Origin: an uncultured Alphaproteobacteria bacterium
GTDB taxonomy: Bacteria; Pseudomonadota; Alphaproteobacteria; ATCC43930; CGMCC-115725
Assembly (NCBI GenBank): GCA_963735465.1
Contig: CAVTLA010000002.1
Span: forward strand, 426,069-490,068
Length of the DNA stretch: 64,000 nucleotides
Reading direction: 5' to 3'
Shown here one piece after another: positions 17,450 through 29,306 of the stretch; the first letter of the stretch is position 1, and the number at the start of each line of letters is the position of its first letter. Under the pieces are notes generated by a model. The model saw only the letters and a program-made list of their open reading frames with translations, ran no database searches and had not been told where the DNA came from. The translations under genes and the position numbers were made by a program.

Positions 17450-19187
17450 CCTGCGAGTCGCGAGCCTAGCCTCGGCTGCATTTGCCGCCCTGCTGAGTAC
17501 GCTTGTCCTGTTGCCGGGCCCGGCGCTGGCTCAGTCCGGAGGCCCCGTGCGCCTGGTGCCGGTTCCCGCGCCGGCGCCGGCACCGCCCCGGACCCCCGCC
17601 GCCGGCGGCGATCAGCCGCTGCCGACCGGCGTCCAGGCGACGCCCCTGGCGCCGGTGGATTCCGCCTGGCTCGGGACCCTCACGCCCGCGGAGGGCGCCT
17701 TCCCGGACACGCTCTGGCAGGGCACGCCCAGGAGCTACGTGGTGGCAGCATTGCCCCTGGTGCAGCCCACGGTCTCGCCGGCGCTTCAGGACCTGACGCG
17801 GCGCCTCCTCCTCAGCAACGCCGCCGCCCCGGGCGGCAACGACCCGCCCGATGGCCGCGGCCTGGTGTCGGTGCGCCTGGAGCGCATGGTGGCGCTGGGT
17901 CAGGAGGACGGCGCGCAGGCGATCATGGACCGCCTGCCCTGGAAGGGCGACGCCGAGCCGATGGATCGGCTGCGAGTCGATCTGTCGTTCATCAACAACG
18001 ACGTCGACGGCGCCTGCAAGCAGGTCGAGGCCGTCATCGGCCGTTATCAGGACATCTGGTGGGACCGCATGCAGATCGCCTGCCAGGCGCTGCACGGCGA
18101 CCAGGGCAAGGCGCAGCTCGGCCTCAGCCTGCTGCGCGAGCGCAAGGCGCCGCGCGACCAGCTCTTCGACACGCTGATCGACGCGCTGGGCGGACGGACG
18201 GCGAAGATCGACCGGATGCCGGACCCGACGCCGCTGCGCGTCGCGCTGCTGGCGGCGGCGAAGCTGCCGCTGCCGGCGGACGCGCTGCAGGCGGCGGATC
18301 CGGCGGTGCTGCATGCCTGGGCCACCAACGCCAACATCCCGAACGAGCGCCGGCTGCCGGCGGCGGAGCGCGCGGTGGCGGTAGGCGCGCTGCCGCTGGA
18401 GGAGCTGCGTCTCCTCTACACCGAGATCACTTTCAAGCCCGATGAATCGAAGACGGCGCTGCAGCAGGCGAGCGACAGTCCGCGCGCCCGCGCGCTCCTC
18501 TTCACCACCGCCAAGCAGGAGACGGTGCCGGCGGCGCGCGGCGAGATCCTGCAGGCGCTGCTGCAAGCCGCCGCCAAGCGCGGCGAGTTTCCAGTCACCG
18601 CGCGGCTGGTGGCGCCGATCATTCTGGAGATCCCGGCAACGCCCGACCTCGACTGGTTCGCGCCGCTGGCGGCGCGCGCGCTCTATGCCGCCGATCATCC
18701 GGCGGAAGCCGCCCGCTGGGCGCAGCTCACCGATCCCGCCGGCGCGGCGCAGCTCGTTCCCCTGGCGCGGATCGCCGCGGGCAACAACGGACCCGCCTGG
18801 CCCAAGGGCGGTCTCAAGGAAATCCTCGACGGGCTGCAGCCCAAGGACGGCAGCGCCGATCCCGGCAAGCTGCTGCTGACGGCGGCATTGCTCGCCGCGG
18901 CCGGCGAGCCGGTGACGGCGGCGGACTGGGCGAGCCTGGTTGCGGTGCCGCCGGCGGCGCCGACACCGCTGCCGAATGCGGCGATCTGGCTCGGCGGGCG
19001 CGACGCCGCCGCCAATCATCGGCTCGGCGAGACGGTGCTGGACGCGCTGCTGATGGCCCATGTGGGCGAGCATCTCACCGCCGAGCCCGACGTCATCGCC
19101 GAGGCGGTGGCGCGGCTGCGCGCGGTCGGCCTGGAGGCGGACGCGCGGCGCCTCGCGCTCGAGGCCGCCCTCGACGCCGGACTCTAG
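17430..19187 (+). CDS. secreted Ala/Pro-rich hypothetical protein
   Basis: 585 aa from ATG 17430. It has a signal-like N-terminus (..AAFAALLSTLVLLPGPALAQ) followed by a PAPAPAPP linker, and GC3-rich coding throughout. I recognise no family. Confidence 0.65.
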   Translation: MPASRNDLRVASLASAAFAALLSTLVLLPGPALAQSGGPVRLVPVPAPAPAPPRTPAAGGDQPLPTGVQATPLAPVDSAWLGTLTPAEGAFPDTLWQGTPRSYVVAALPLVQPTVSPALQDLTRRLLLSNAAAPGGNDPPDGRGLVSVRLERMVALGQEDGAQAIMDRLPWKGDAEPMDRLRVDLSFINNDVDGACKQVEAVIGRYQDIWWDRMQIACQALHGDQGKAQLGLSLLRERKAPRDQLFDTLIDALGGRTAKIDRMPDPTPLRVALLAAAKLPLPADALQAADPAVLHAWATNANIPNERRLPAAERAVAVGALPLEELRLLYTEITFKPDESKTALQQASDSPRARALLFTTAKQETVPAARGEILQALLQAAAKRGEFPVTARLVAPIILEIPATPDLDWFAPLAARALYAADHPAEAARWAQLTDPAGAAQLVPLARIAAGNNGPAWPKGGLKEILDGLQPKDGSADPGKLLLTAALLAAAGEPVTAADWASLVAVPPAAPTPLPNAAIWLGGRDAAANHRLGETVLDALLMAHVGEHLTAEPDVIAEAVARLRAVGLEADARRLALEAALDAGL

Positions 19188-19188
19188 G

Positions 19189-20145
19189 ATGCCCGTGGCC
19201 GCGCCCCGCGCAACGCGCCGCCCGCCCCGGCGTCCCCCATCGCTCGGCCGCCATGTCGAGGCGTTCCTGGAGATGCTCGCCGCCGAGCGTGGTGCCGCAC
19301 TCCTGACGATCTCCGCCTATCGCGGCGACCTCGCTCATGTCGCCTCTTTCCTCGCGCGCGGCGACGTCGCTCTCGAGCGCGCGCGGACCGAGGATCTCCG
19401 GCGCTATCTCGCGGCTCTCGCCCGCGCCGAGCTGGCGCCGCGCAGCGTGGCGCGGCGGCTCTCGGCGCTCCGGCAGTTCTACCGCTTCCTGGTGGTGGAC
19501 GGCGTACGCCCGGACGATCCCACCCTCGGCCTCGACGCGCCGCGTCCCGGTCGCCCCTTGCCGAAGACCCTGGGCGAGGAGGAAGTCACGGCGCTGATCG
19601 ACGCCGCCGGCCGCGACCCGACACCGTCCGGCGTCAGGCTGCGCTGCCTCCTCGAGCTCCTCTACGCCAGCGGGCTCCGGATCTCCGAGCTGGTGGGCCT
19701 GCCGTTCGCCGCCGCGCGGGCGGACGCGCGCTTCCTGGTGGTGCGCGGCAAGGGCGGCAAGGAGCGCCTGGTGCCGCTGGGCGCGCCGGCCCGCGCGGCG
19801 CTCAAAGCCTACCGCGACTGCCGCGTCGCTTTTCTCGCGGAGGGCGAGACATCGCCGTGGCTCTTTCCCTCACGGAGCGCGCCCGGCGCGCTCACCCGAC
19901 GGCGCGTCGCCCAGCTCCTGAAGGCGTTGGCGGTCGACGCCGGCCTGGATCCCGGCCGCCTCTCGCCCCACGTGCTGCGCCACGCGTTTGCCAGCCATCT
20001 CGTCGATCACGGCGCCGATCTGCGCAGCGTGCAGGAGATGCTGGGCCACGCGGATATTGCGACGACGCAGATCTATACCCATGTGGAGCGGCAGCGCCTC
20101 ACCCGTCTCGTCGAGGCGCATCATCCCCTGGCGCGCAAGAAATAG
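19189..20145 (+). CDS. xerD: site-specific tyrosine recombinase XerD
   Basis: 318 aa from ATG 19189. Blocks: N-terminal FLEMLAAERGAALLTISAYRGDL, C-terminal HVLRHAFASHL..GADLRSVQEMLGHADIATTQIYTHV. It sits in the aroK/accA neighbourhood. Confidence 0.9.
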   Translation: MPVAAPRATRRPPRRPPSLGRHVEAFLEMLAAERGAALLTISAYRGDLAHVASFLARGDVALERARTEDLRRYLAALARAELAPRSVARRLSALRQFYRFLVVDGVRPDDPTLGLDAPRPGRPLPKTLGEEEVTALIDAAGRDPTPSGVRLRCLLELLYASGLRISELVGLPFAAARADARFLVVRGKGGKERLVPLGAPARAALKAYRDCRVAFLAEGETSPWLFPSRSAPGALTRRRVAQLLKALAVDAGLDPGRLSPHVLRHAFASHLVDHGADLRSVQEMLGHADIATTQIYTHVERQRLTRLVEAHHPLARKK

Positions 20146-20234
20146 ATCATCGCCGGCAATCCCATCCATTGGCAGTTGACGGAGCGCGAGCCGCTCCCTT
20201 GAATGGCGCCGTTCCGGCGACCGAAAGATAGAAG

Positions 20235-20981
20235 ATGTCCTTATCCTTTCCCGGGCTGTTCCTCCTGGGCCTGCAGATCGTATGCGCCGTTCACGCGGGG
20301 AAAACCGGGCGGCCGTTCTTCTGGATCTACATCATCCTCTTCGTGCCGATGCTGGGCATGCTGGCCTATCTCGCGGTGGAGATTCTTCCGGAGCTGGTGC
20401 GCGGCCGCGCCGCGCGGCGCGCCGCCAGCGGCGTCGGCCGCGTCCTCGATCCCGGCCGCGGCCTGCGCGAGGCGGAGCGCCGGTTGGCGATGACGCCGAC
20501 CGCGGGAAACAAGGCGGCGGTCGCCGAGGGCTATCTCGCGACCGGCCGCGCGGCGGAGGCGATCGCGCTCTTCCGCGAGACGCTGGAGGGCGTGCACGCC
20601 ACCGATCCGTCGCTGATGCTGGGCCTGGCGCGCGCCTACTTCGCCGAGCATCGCTACGGCGACGTGGTGGATGTGCTGGACGCGCTCAAGGCGGCGAATC
20701 CCGAGTACCACTCGCCCGAGGGGCATCTGATCTACGCGCGCAGCCTGGAAGAGCAAGGCAAGACCGAGGCGGCGCTGCACGAGTACGCCGCCCTCGAGCG
20801 CTACTACCCCGGCCAGGAGGCGCGCTGCCGCTATGCCCTGCTGCTGGACAAGACCGGCGAGCATCGCGAGGCCGCGCGTCTCTTCCGCGAGATCGTGGAA
20901 GCCATCGAGCTGGGCCCGCGCCACCAGCGCCGCGACCAGCGCGAATGGTACGACATCGCGCGGCGCGCAATGGCGATCTAA
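20235..20981 (+). CDS. membrane protein with PLD-N-like two-helix N-terminus and TPR-like C-terminal domain (hypothetical)
   Basis: 248 aa. It has two N-terminal hydrophobic helices (LFLLGLQIVCAVHA.., FWIYIILFVPMLGMLAYLAV) followed by helical-repeat sequence. Confidence 0.6.
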   Translation: MSLSFPGLFLLGLQIVCAVHAGKTGRPFFWIYIILFVPMLGMLAYLAVEILPELVRGRAARRAASGVGRVLDPGRGLREAERRLAMTPTAGNKAAVAEGYLATGRAAEAIALFRETLEGVHATDPSLMLGLARAYFAEHRYGDVVDVLDALKAANPEYHSPEGHLIYARSLEEQGKTEAALHEYAALERYYPGQEARCRYALLLDKTGEHREAARLFREIVEAIELGPRHQRRDQREWYDIARRAMAI

Positions 20982-20995
20982 GGCGGAGCCGATCC

Positions 20996-21120
20996 CGTGC
21001 GTCCTTCGACGCGCGGCCCTACAGGGCCCTTGCTCAGGATGAGGACCATTGGAGATGGCACAGAGAAAGACCGCCTCATCCTGAGCAAGCGACCGAAGCG
21101 GGCGAGTCGAAGGACGCACG
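20996..21120. repeat. palindromic intergenic repeat (REP/MITE-like), family 2
   Basis: The outer arm CGTGCGTCCTTCGAC (20996-21010) pairs with GTCGAAGGACGCACG (21106-21120). The inner arm CTTGCTCAGGATGAGG (21029-21044) pairs with CCTCATCCTGAGCAAG (21074-21089). The middle parts differ. Confidence 0.75.
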
Positions 21121-21190
21121 ATGCTCCTCCAGCCCAGATCGACGACCCGTGCTGGCATCGCCGGGCGGGCTGTGCTAGGGATCGCCCCCC

Positions 21191-22144
21191 ATGCGGCATT
21201 TTCTCGACTTCGAGAAGCCGGTGGCGGAGCTCGAAGGCAAGATCGAGGAGCTTCGTCATCTCACCAACGGCTCCGATCTCAACATCGCCGAAGAGGTGGC
21301 GCGGCTGCAGGCGAAGGTGGATCGCCTGCTGCGCCAGCTCTATGCGAAGCTCACGCCGTGGCAGAAGGTCCAGGTGGCGCGCCATCCGGAGCGGCCGCAC
21401 GCCTCTGACTTCATCAAGGGACTGATCACCGACTTCACGCCGCTCGCCGGCGACCGCGCCTTCGGCGAGGACCGCGCCATCGTGGGAGGCCTCGGCCGCT
21501 TCCGCGGCCTCTCGGTGGTGGTGCTGGGCCAGGAGAAGGGCGCCGACACCGACAGCCGCGTGCGCCACAACTTCGGCATGGCGCGGCCCGAGGGCTATCG
21601 CAAGACACGGCGCCTGATGGAGCTGGCGCAGCGCTTCGGCCTGCCGGTCCTCACCTTCGTGGATACCGCCGGGGCCTATCCCGGCATCGACGCCGAGGCG
21701 CGCGGCCAGGCCGAGGCGATCGCGCGGGCGATCGAGACCTGCCTCACGCTGGAGGTGCCGCTCATCGCCTGCATCATCGGCGAGGGCGGCTCCGGCGGCG
21801 CCATCGCGCTCGCCGCCGGGAACCGCGTGCTCATGCTGGAGCATGCGATCTACTCCGTGATCTCGCCGGAGGGCTGCGCCTCGATCCTCTGGCGCAGCGG
21901 CGACAAGGCGCAGGAGGCGGCGGAGGCGCTGAAGATCACGGCGCAGGATCTGACGCGCCTCGGCGTCATCGACGAGATCGTGCCGGAGCCCCTCGGCGGG
22001 GCGCACCGGGAGCCCGCCAGCGCCATCGCCGCGACCGGCGCCACCGTCGAGGCGGCGCTCCGGCCGCTCCTGGGCCTCGACGGCGCGCGGCTGCGGGAGC
22101 AGCGGCGGGAGAAGTTCCTCGCCATGGGGACTGGCGGCCTCTGA
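21191..22144 (+). CDS. accA: acetyl-CoA carboxylase carboxyltransferase subunit alpha
   Basis: 317 aa. Blocks: [56 protein letters not shown]. Confidence 0.95.
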   Translation: MRHFLDFEKPVAELEGKIEELRHLTNGSDLNIAEEVARLQAKVDRLLRQLYAKLTPWQKVQVARHPERPHASDFIKGLITDFTPLAGDRAFGEDRAIVGGLGRFRGLSVVVLGQEKGADTDSRVRHNFGMARPEGYRKTRRLMELAQRFGLPVLTFVDTAGAYPGIDAEARGQAEAIARAIETCLTLEVPLIACIIGEGGSGGAIALAAGNRVLMLEHAIYSVISPEGCASILWRSGDKAQEAAEALKITAQDLTRLGVIDEIVPEPLGGAHREPASAIAATGATVEAALRPLLGLDGARLREQRREKFLAMGTGGL

Positions 22145-22192
22145 CCGGCTGCCTATATAGAGGTCGCCGCCCCCCAATGGACGAGGCACGCG

Positions 22193-22918
22193 ATGACCCC
22201 CCAGGAACAGCAGCTGATCAGCCAGCTTTTCGACCGCCTGAAGGCGGCGCCGGCCCAGGCCAAGGACCCTGAGGCGGACACGCTCATCCGCCAGGGCGTC
22301 GCGGTCCAGCCGGATACACCCTATCTGCTGGTGCAGACCGTGCTGATCCAGGACATGGCGCTCGGCAGCGCCCAGGCCCGCATCGCCGATCTCGAGCAGC
22401 AGGTGGAGGCGGCGAGAGCGGCGCCCCCGGCGCAGCCCACCAGCTTCCTCGGCGGCCTCCTCGGCCGCGGCAGCGTGCCGACGGCGGGCGCGCGCCAGCC
22501 GCAACCGCAGCAGCAGCAACCGGCGCCGATGCAGCCCGCCCCGGCCTGGGGTGTCGGCCCGCAGCCGATGATGGGCTCGCCCTGGTCGGGCGGCGGCGGA
22601 TCCGGTTTCCTGCGCGCCGCCGCCGCCACCGCGCTCGGCGTCGCCGGCGGCGAGCTGCTGTTCTCCGGCGTGCGCTCGATGTTCGGCTCGTCCATGGGCG
22701 GCCTCGGCGCCGGACAGCCATCCCTGAGCGAGACCGTGGTCAACAACTACTACGGCGACAACGGCGCCGGCGGCGACACGACGAAAGCCGACTACGCCGA
22801 CGCCGGCACTTCGCAGACGGATCCCGACAACGTCGTCCCCGCCGACTACGACACCAGCCAGGACTACAGCGACACCGGCGGCTCCGACTTCGGCGGCGAC
22901 GACAGCACCAGCATCTGA
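22193..22918 (+). CDS. DUF2076 domain protein
   Basis: 241 aa. The N-terminal MTPQEQQLISQLFDRLK..PYLLVQTVLIQDMAL is the DUF2076 signature. It has a Gln/Pro/Gly-rich middle and an acidic tail. Confidence 0.75.
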   Translation: MTPQEQQLISQLFDRLKAAPAQAKDPEADTLIRQGVAVQPDTPYLLVQTVLIQDMALGSAQARIADLEQQVEAARAAPPAQPTSFLGGLLGRGSVPTAGARQPQPQQQQPAPMQPAPAWGVGPQPMMGSPWSGGGGSGFLRAAAATALGVAGGELLFSGVRSMFGSSMGGLGAGQPSLSETVVNNYYGDNGAGGDTTKADYADAGTSQTDPDNVVPADYDTSQDYSDTGGSDFGGDDSTSI

Positions 22919-22927
22919 GGCCAGGCG

Positions 22928-23611
22928 CTACGTGATCTCCGGCACCCGGAGGCTGTAGCCGGCGCCGCGCACGGTGTGGAGAAGCGGCGGCGCGAAGTCG
23001 CGGTCGATCTTCTGCCGGAGCCGGCTCACGTGCACGTCGATCACGTTGGTCTGGGGATCGAAATGATGATCCCAGACCTTCTCCAGCAGCATCGTCCGCG
23101 TGACGATGTGCCCGGCGTTGCGCATGAGATATTCCAGCAGCCGGAATTCCCGCGGCAGCAGATCGATCTCGCAGCCGGCGCGCGTCACCGTGCGCTTGAG
23201 GAGATCCATCTCGAGATCCGCCACCTTGAGGCGGGTCTCGCTGACGGAATGGCTGCGCCGGTTGAGCGCCTCGAGCCGTGCCAGCAGCTCCGACAGCGCG
23301 AAGGGTTTCGAGAGATAGTCGTCGCAGCCGGCGCGCAAGCCCTCGACCCGGTTGTCGACATCGCCGAGGGCGCTCAGGATCAGCACCGGCGTCTCGTCCT
23401 TGCGCGCGCGCAGCTCGGCCAGGATCGAGAGCCCGTCGAGGCCCGGCAGCATGCGGTCGATCACCATGGCATCGAAGCTGCCGCTGGTGGCGTGGGCGAG
23501 GCCGAGACGGCCGTCCGCCGCGACGTCCACCTGGTGCCCGCTCTCGGTCAGGCCCTTGAGGAGATATGCGGCGGCCTCGTCGTCGTCTTCGATCAGCAGA
23601 ATTTTCATCAT
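22928..23611 (-). CDS. OmpR-family response regulator (REC + winged-helix DNA-binding)
   Basis: 227 aa. Blocks: KILLIEDD, MVIDRMLPGLDG, LILSA, SKPF, then LLPREFRLLEYL..VWD..NVIDVHVSRLRQKI. Confidence 0.9.
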   Translation of the reverse strand: MMKILLIEDDDEAAAYLLKGLTESGHQVDVAADGRLGLAHATSGSFDAMVIDRMLPGLDGLSILAELRARKDETPVLILSALGDVDNRVEGLRAGCDDYLSKPFALSELLARLEALNRRSHSVSETRLKVADLEMDLLKRTVTRAGCEIDLLPREFRLLEYLMRNAGHIVTRTMLLEKVWDHHFDPQTNVIDVHVSRLRQKIDRDFAPPLLHTVRGAGYSLRVPEIT

Positions 23612-23631
23612 CAGAGTCCCCGATCAGGAGT

Positions 23632-23666
23632 GCGCCGGCGGGCCCTTTAGGAGCCCGCCGGCGTTT
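23632..23666 (+). terminator. intrinsic-terminator-like hairpin oriented for the plus strand, in the degP-regulator spacer
   Basis: CGCCGGCGGGC (23632-23642) pairs with GCCCGCCGGCG (23652-23662) and is followed by TTTT (23663-23666). Both flanking genes are on the minus strand. Confidence 0.4.
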
Positions 23667-23679
23667 TCCGGTGCTTGGA

Positions 23680-25245
23680 TCAGCCGTTGTCGGATTGGCC
23701 CGACCACGCGACGAAGGCGTTGATGCCGTGGCGGTTGATCTGCAGCAGCAGGTTCTTGTCGTGACCGGACTCCGCCGCCTTGAGCTTGGCGGCGGCCTCC
23801 TGAGTCGTGGTGACCGGCTGCTGGTTGACCGAGACGATGACGTCACCGGCCTGCAGATCGACGTCGGCGAGCGGGCTCGAGTCCGCGATCGCGCTCACGA
23901 CGACGCCCTTGACGTGCCCGGGTACCTTGAGCTGCTTGCGCAGATCGGGGGTCAGCGCCTGCAGCTTGAGGCCGAGGGCGCTCGCCCGCTCCGGCTTCGC
24001 GCTGGGCTCCGGCTCGTTGGCGGCGAGCTTCTCCAGGTTCGCCGGCTGCTCGACGATCGTGGTGTTGAGCGTCGTCTCCTGGCCCTGGCGGCGCACCAGC
24101 ACCTTGGCGCTGGTGCCGACCGGAGTCTCCGCGACCATGATCGGAAGATCGCGCAGCTTGGCGATGGCGTGACCGTTGAAGCTCTCGATCACGTCACCCT
24201 GCTTGAAGCCGGCCTTCTCCGCCGGGCTGCTCTTGGTCACGTCGGCGACGAGCGCGCCCTGGTCGTTGGCAAGGCCGAGGCTCTTGGCGATCGCCGGCGT
24301 CACTTCCTGGATCTGCACGCCGAGCCAGCCGCGGCTCACCTTGCCGTGCTCGCGGAGCTGGTCGAGAACGGGCTTCGCGAGATTCGAGGGAATGGCGAAG
24401 CCGATGCCGACGCTGCCGCCGTTCGGCGAGTAGATCGCGGTGTTGATGCCGATGACCTCGCCCTTCAGGTTGAAGGTCGGGCCGCCGGAATTGCCGCGAT
24501 TGATCGGGGCGTCGATCTGCAGGAAGTTGTCGTAGGGGCCGGAATGAATGTCGCGGCCCTGGGCCGAGACGATGCCGGCGCTGACGGTGCCGCCGAGGCC
24601 GAAGGGATTGCCGACCGCGACCACCCAGTCGCCGACCTGCTCGGCGCCGCTGTCGCCGAAGGCGACGTAGGGCAGCGGCTTGCCGCCATTGTCGATCTTG
24701 AGGAGGGCGAGGTCGGTCTTGGTATCGCGGCCGACGATCTTGGCGACGTGCTTGCTGTCGTCCTGCAGGATCACCGTCACCTTCTCGGAGCCGTCGATCA
24801 CGTGGTTGTTGGTGACGACATAGCCCTGGGGATCGACGATGAAGCCGGAGCCGAGCGCCATCCGCTGCGCGTGCTGCTGCGGCTGTCCGGGCTGGCCAGG
24901 GTTGATGCCCTGCTGCTCAAAGAATTTGCGCAGGAAGTCGTCGAAGGGCGTGCCTTGCGGAAGATTGGGCACCTGGCCCGGCGAGGCGTCTTCGCTGTCG
25001 TCGGCGGTCTGGTCGTCGGCGCCGGCCTTCTCCACGACGGAGACATTGACGACCGCCGGCAGCACTTTCTTGGTGAGCGGCGCGAGGCTCGGCATCTGGA
25101 CGAGATTGGTGCTGGAAGCCGCGTCCTCGGCGCGGGCATAGGGGGCCAGCACGAGGGCCAGCCCCAGTCCCGCGGCGAGGACCGCGGTGCGCGTTCCGGC
25201 GTTGCCGCGTATCTGTGGCGAACGCGCGAGTAGAAGGTTGGTCAT
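23680..25245 (-). CDS. degP: DegP/HtrA-family periplasmic serine endoprotease with two PDZ domains
   Basis: 521 aa. It has a signal peptide. Blocks: GSGFIVDPQGYVVTNNHV, TDLALLK, INRGNSGGP, then two PDZ-like regions. Confidence 0.92.
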   Translation of the reverse strand: MTNLLLARSPQIRGNAGTRTAVLAAGLGLALVLAPYARAEDAASSTNLVQMPSLAPLTKKVLPAVVNVSVVEKAGADDQTADDSEDASPGQVPNLPQGTPFDDFLRKFFEQQGINPGQPGQPQQHAQRMALGSGFIVDPQGYVVTNNHVIDGSEKVTVILQDDSKHVAKIVGRDTKTDLALLKIDNGGKPLPYVAFGDSGAEQVGDWVVAVGNPFGLGGTVSAGIVSAQGRDIHSGPYDNFLQIDAPINRGNSGGPTFNLKGEVIGINTAIYSPNGGSVGIGFAIPSNLAKPVLDQLREHGKVSRGWLGVQIQEVTPAIAKSLGLANDQGALVADVTKSSPAEKAGFKQGDVIESFNGHAIAKLRDLPIMVAETPVGTSAKVLVRRQGQETTLNTTIVEQPANLEKLAANEPEPSAKPERASALGLKLQALTPDLRKQLKVPGHVKGVVVSAIADSSPLADVDLQAGDVIVSVNQQPVTTTQEAAAKLKAAESGHDKNLLLQINRHGINAFVAWSGQSDNG

Positions 25246-25432
25246 GAGGGGTTCTCTCCTTGGGGGTCGATCTGCCGCGCGCGGGGGACCATCCGCTCGG
25301 CACGTCCAGGAGAGATAAGCCAGGGCCGATTACGCCCCACCTACATCGGGATTAATTCGCTGTAATGAAGGAATACGCCGCAATTGCGGCAGCGACAGCC
25401 GACGTGGCGCGGCCGGAGCCGCGGCGCCGGCC

Positions 25433-28120
<2,688 letters not shown>

Positions 28121-28390
28121 TCAGGGGACCTCGAGGCAGGGTGCGCGCGTCGGTGGAGATCGCCGGGGCGACCGCCAGACAGATAGGGGCTGAAGCCCGC
28201 GCTGTCAATTATCGGGCGCCTCCGAGATGCCACATTTCCTTCATTTTCAGTCGATTGCCGGCATTTTACAGGCCGGGACCCGGAGTGACGCCTGCCGGCT
28301 TGCCCGGCGGTTCCCAATGTGCAAGATGGGCGCCACCGCCGCTCCGGAAGCGGCCGTGCCCGCTCTCTTGCCCGCAAGGATTACTCGACT

Positions 28391-29293
28391 ATGACCGGCC
28401 GCCTCCCGCTCGCGCTCGCGATGCTTCTGCTCGTTGCCGCCCCGACCTTTGCCCAGACCCCGGCGGCGGCGCCCGCCGCCGGCCAGTCCGACCCGGTGGT
28501 CGCCCGCGTCAACGGCGTCGAGCTGCATCGCTCCGATGTGCTGGCGGCGCGCCAGCAATTGCCGCCCCAGGTGCAGCAGATGCCCTTCGAGCAGGTCTAT
28601 CCCCTGCTGCTCGATCGCATGGTGACCGACATCGTCGTGGCCCAGGCCGGCCGCAAGCAGAAGCTCGCCGACGATCCCGAGGTCAAGAAGCGCATGGCGC
28701 AGATCCAGGATCAGGTGATCGAGGAGGCCTATCTCAACCGCTACCTCCGCACCGCCCTCACCGAGGACAAGATCAAGGCGCGCTACGAGAAGTTCGCCAA
28801 GGAGCAGAAGCCCCAGGAGCAGGTGAACGCCCGGCACATCCTGGTGAAGACCGAGGACGAGGCCAAGGCGGTCATTGCCGACCTCAAGAAAGGCGGCGAT
28901 TTCGCCGCCATCGCCAAGGAGAAGAGCAGCGATCCCGGCAGCAAGGAGAACGGCGGCGATCTCGGCTGGTTCGGCAAGGACGACATGGTGCCGGAATTCG
29001 CCACCGCCGCCTTCAAGCTGCAGAAGGGCCAGTTCACGGACACGCCGGTGAAGACCCAGTTCGGTTATCACGTGATCAAGGTGGAGGACCGCCGCACCGC
29101 GCCGCCGCCTACCCTCGAGGAAGCGCGCCCGCAGCTGGTGTCGATGCTGCAGCGGGAGATCTATGAGGCGAAGGTGAAGGAGCTGCGCTCCGGCGCCAAG
29201 ATCGAGACCTTTGCCATCGACGGCTCCAAGATGGCGCCCGCCCCGGCGGGTCCGACTCTGGCACCGGCGGCGCCGGCGCCCATCAAGCCCTAG
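28391..29293 (+). CDS. periplasmic parvulin-type peptidyl-prolyl cis-trans isomerase (SurA/PpiC-like)
   Basis: 300 aa from ATG 28391. Signal peptide: LPLALAMLLLVAAPTFAQ. Parvulin core: ARHILVKTEDEAKAVI..GGDLGWFGKDDMVPEFA..FGYHVIKVEDRR. Confidence 0.88.
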   Translation: MTGRLPLALAMLLLVAAPTFAQTPAAAPAAGQSDPVVARVNGVELHRSDVLAARQQLPPQVQQMPFEQVYPLLLDRMVTDIVVAQAGRKQKLADDPEVKKRMAQIQDQVIEEAYLNRYLRTALTEDKIKARYEKFAKEQKPQEQVNARHILVKTEDEAKAVIADLKKGGDFAAIAKEKSSDPGSKENGGDLGWFGKDDMVPEFATAAFKLQKGQFTDTPVKTQFGYHVIKVEDRRTAPPPTLEEARPQLVSMLQREIYEAKVKELRSGAKIETFAIDGSKMAPAPAGPTLAPAAPAPIKP

Positions 29294-29306
29294 GCGCGGG
29301 CCGCCC

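Noticed and set aside
19189-20145. A tyrosine recombinase as a marker of an integrated mobile element.
   Set aside because: The sequence motifs and the aroK/accA housekeeping neighbourhood fit chromosomal XerD. No att-like repeats, phage genes or transposase genes are nearby.
25376-25390. The GCCGCAATTGCGGC palindrome between secA and degP as a regulatory operator.
   Set aside because: It is more simply explained as the stem of a weak secA terminator, about 45 nt downstream of the secA stop on the minus strand. There is no second copy in the window.
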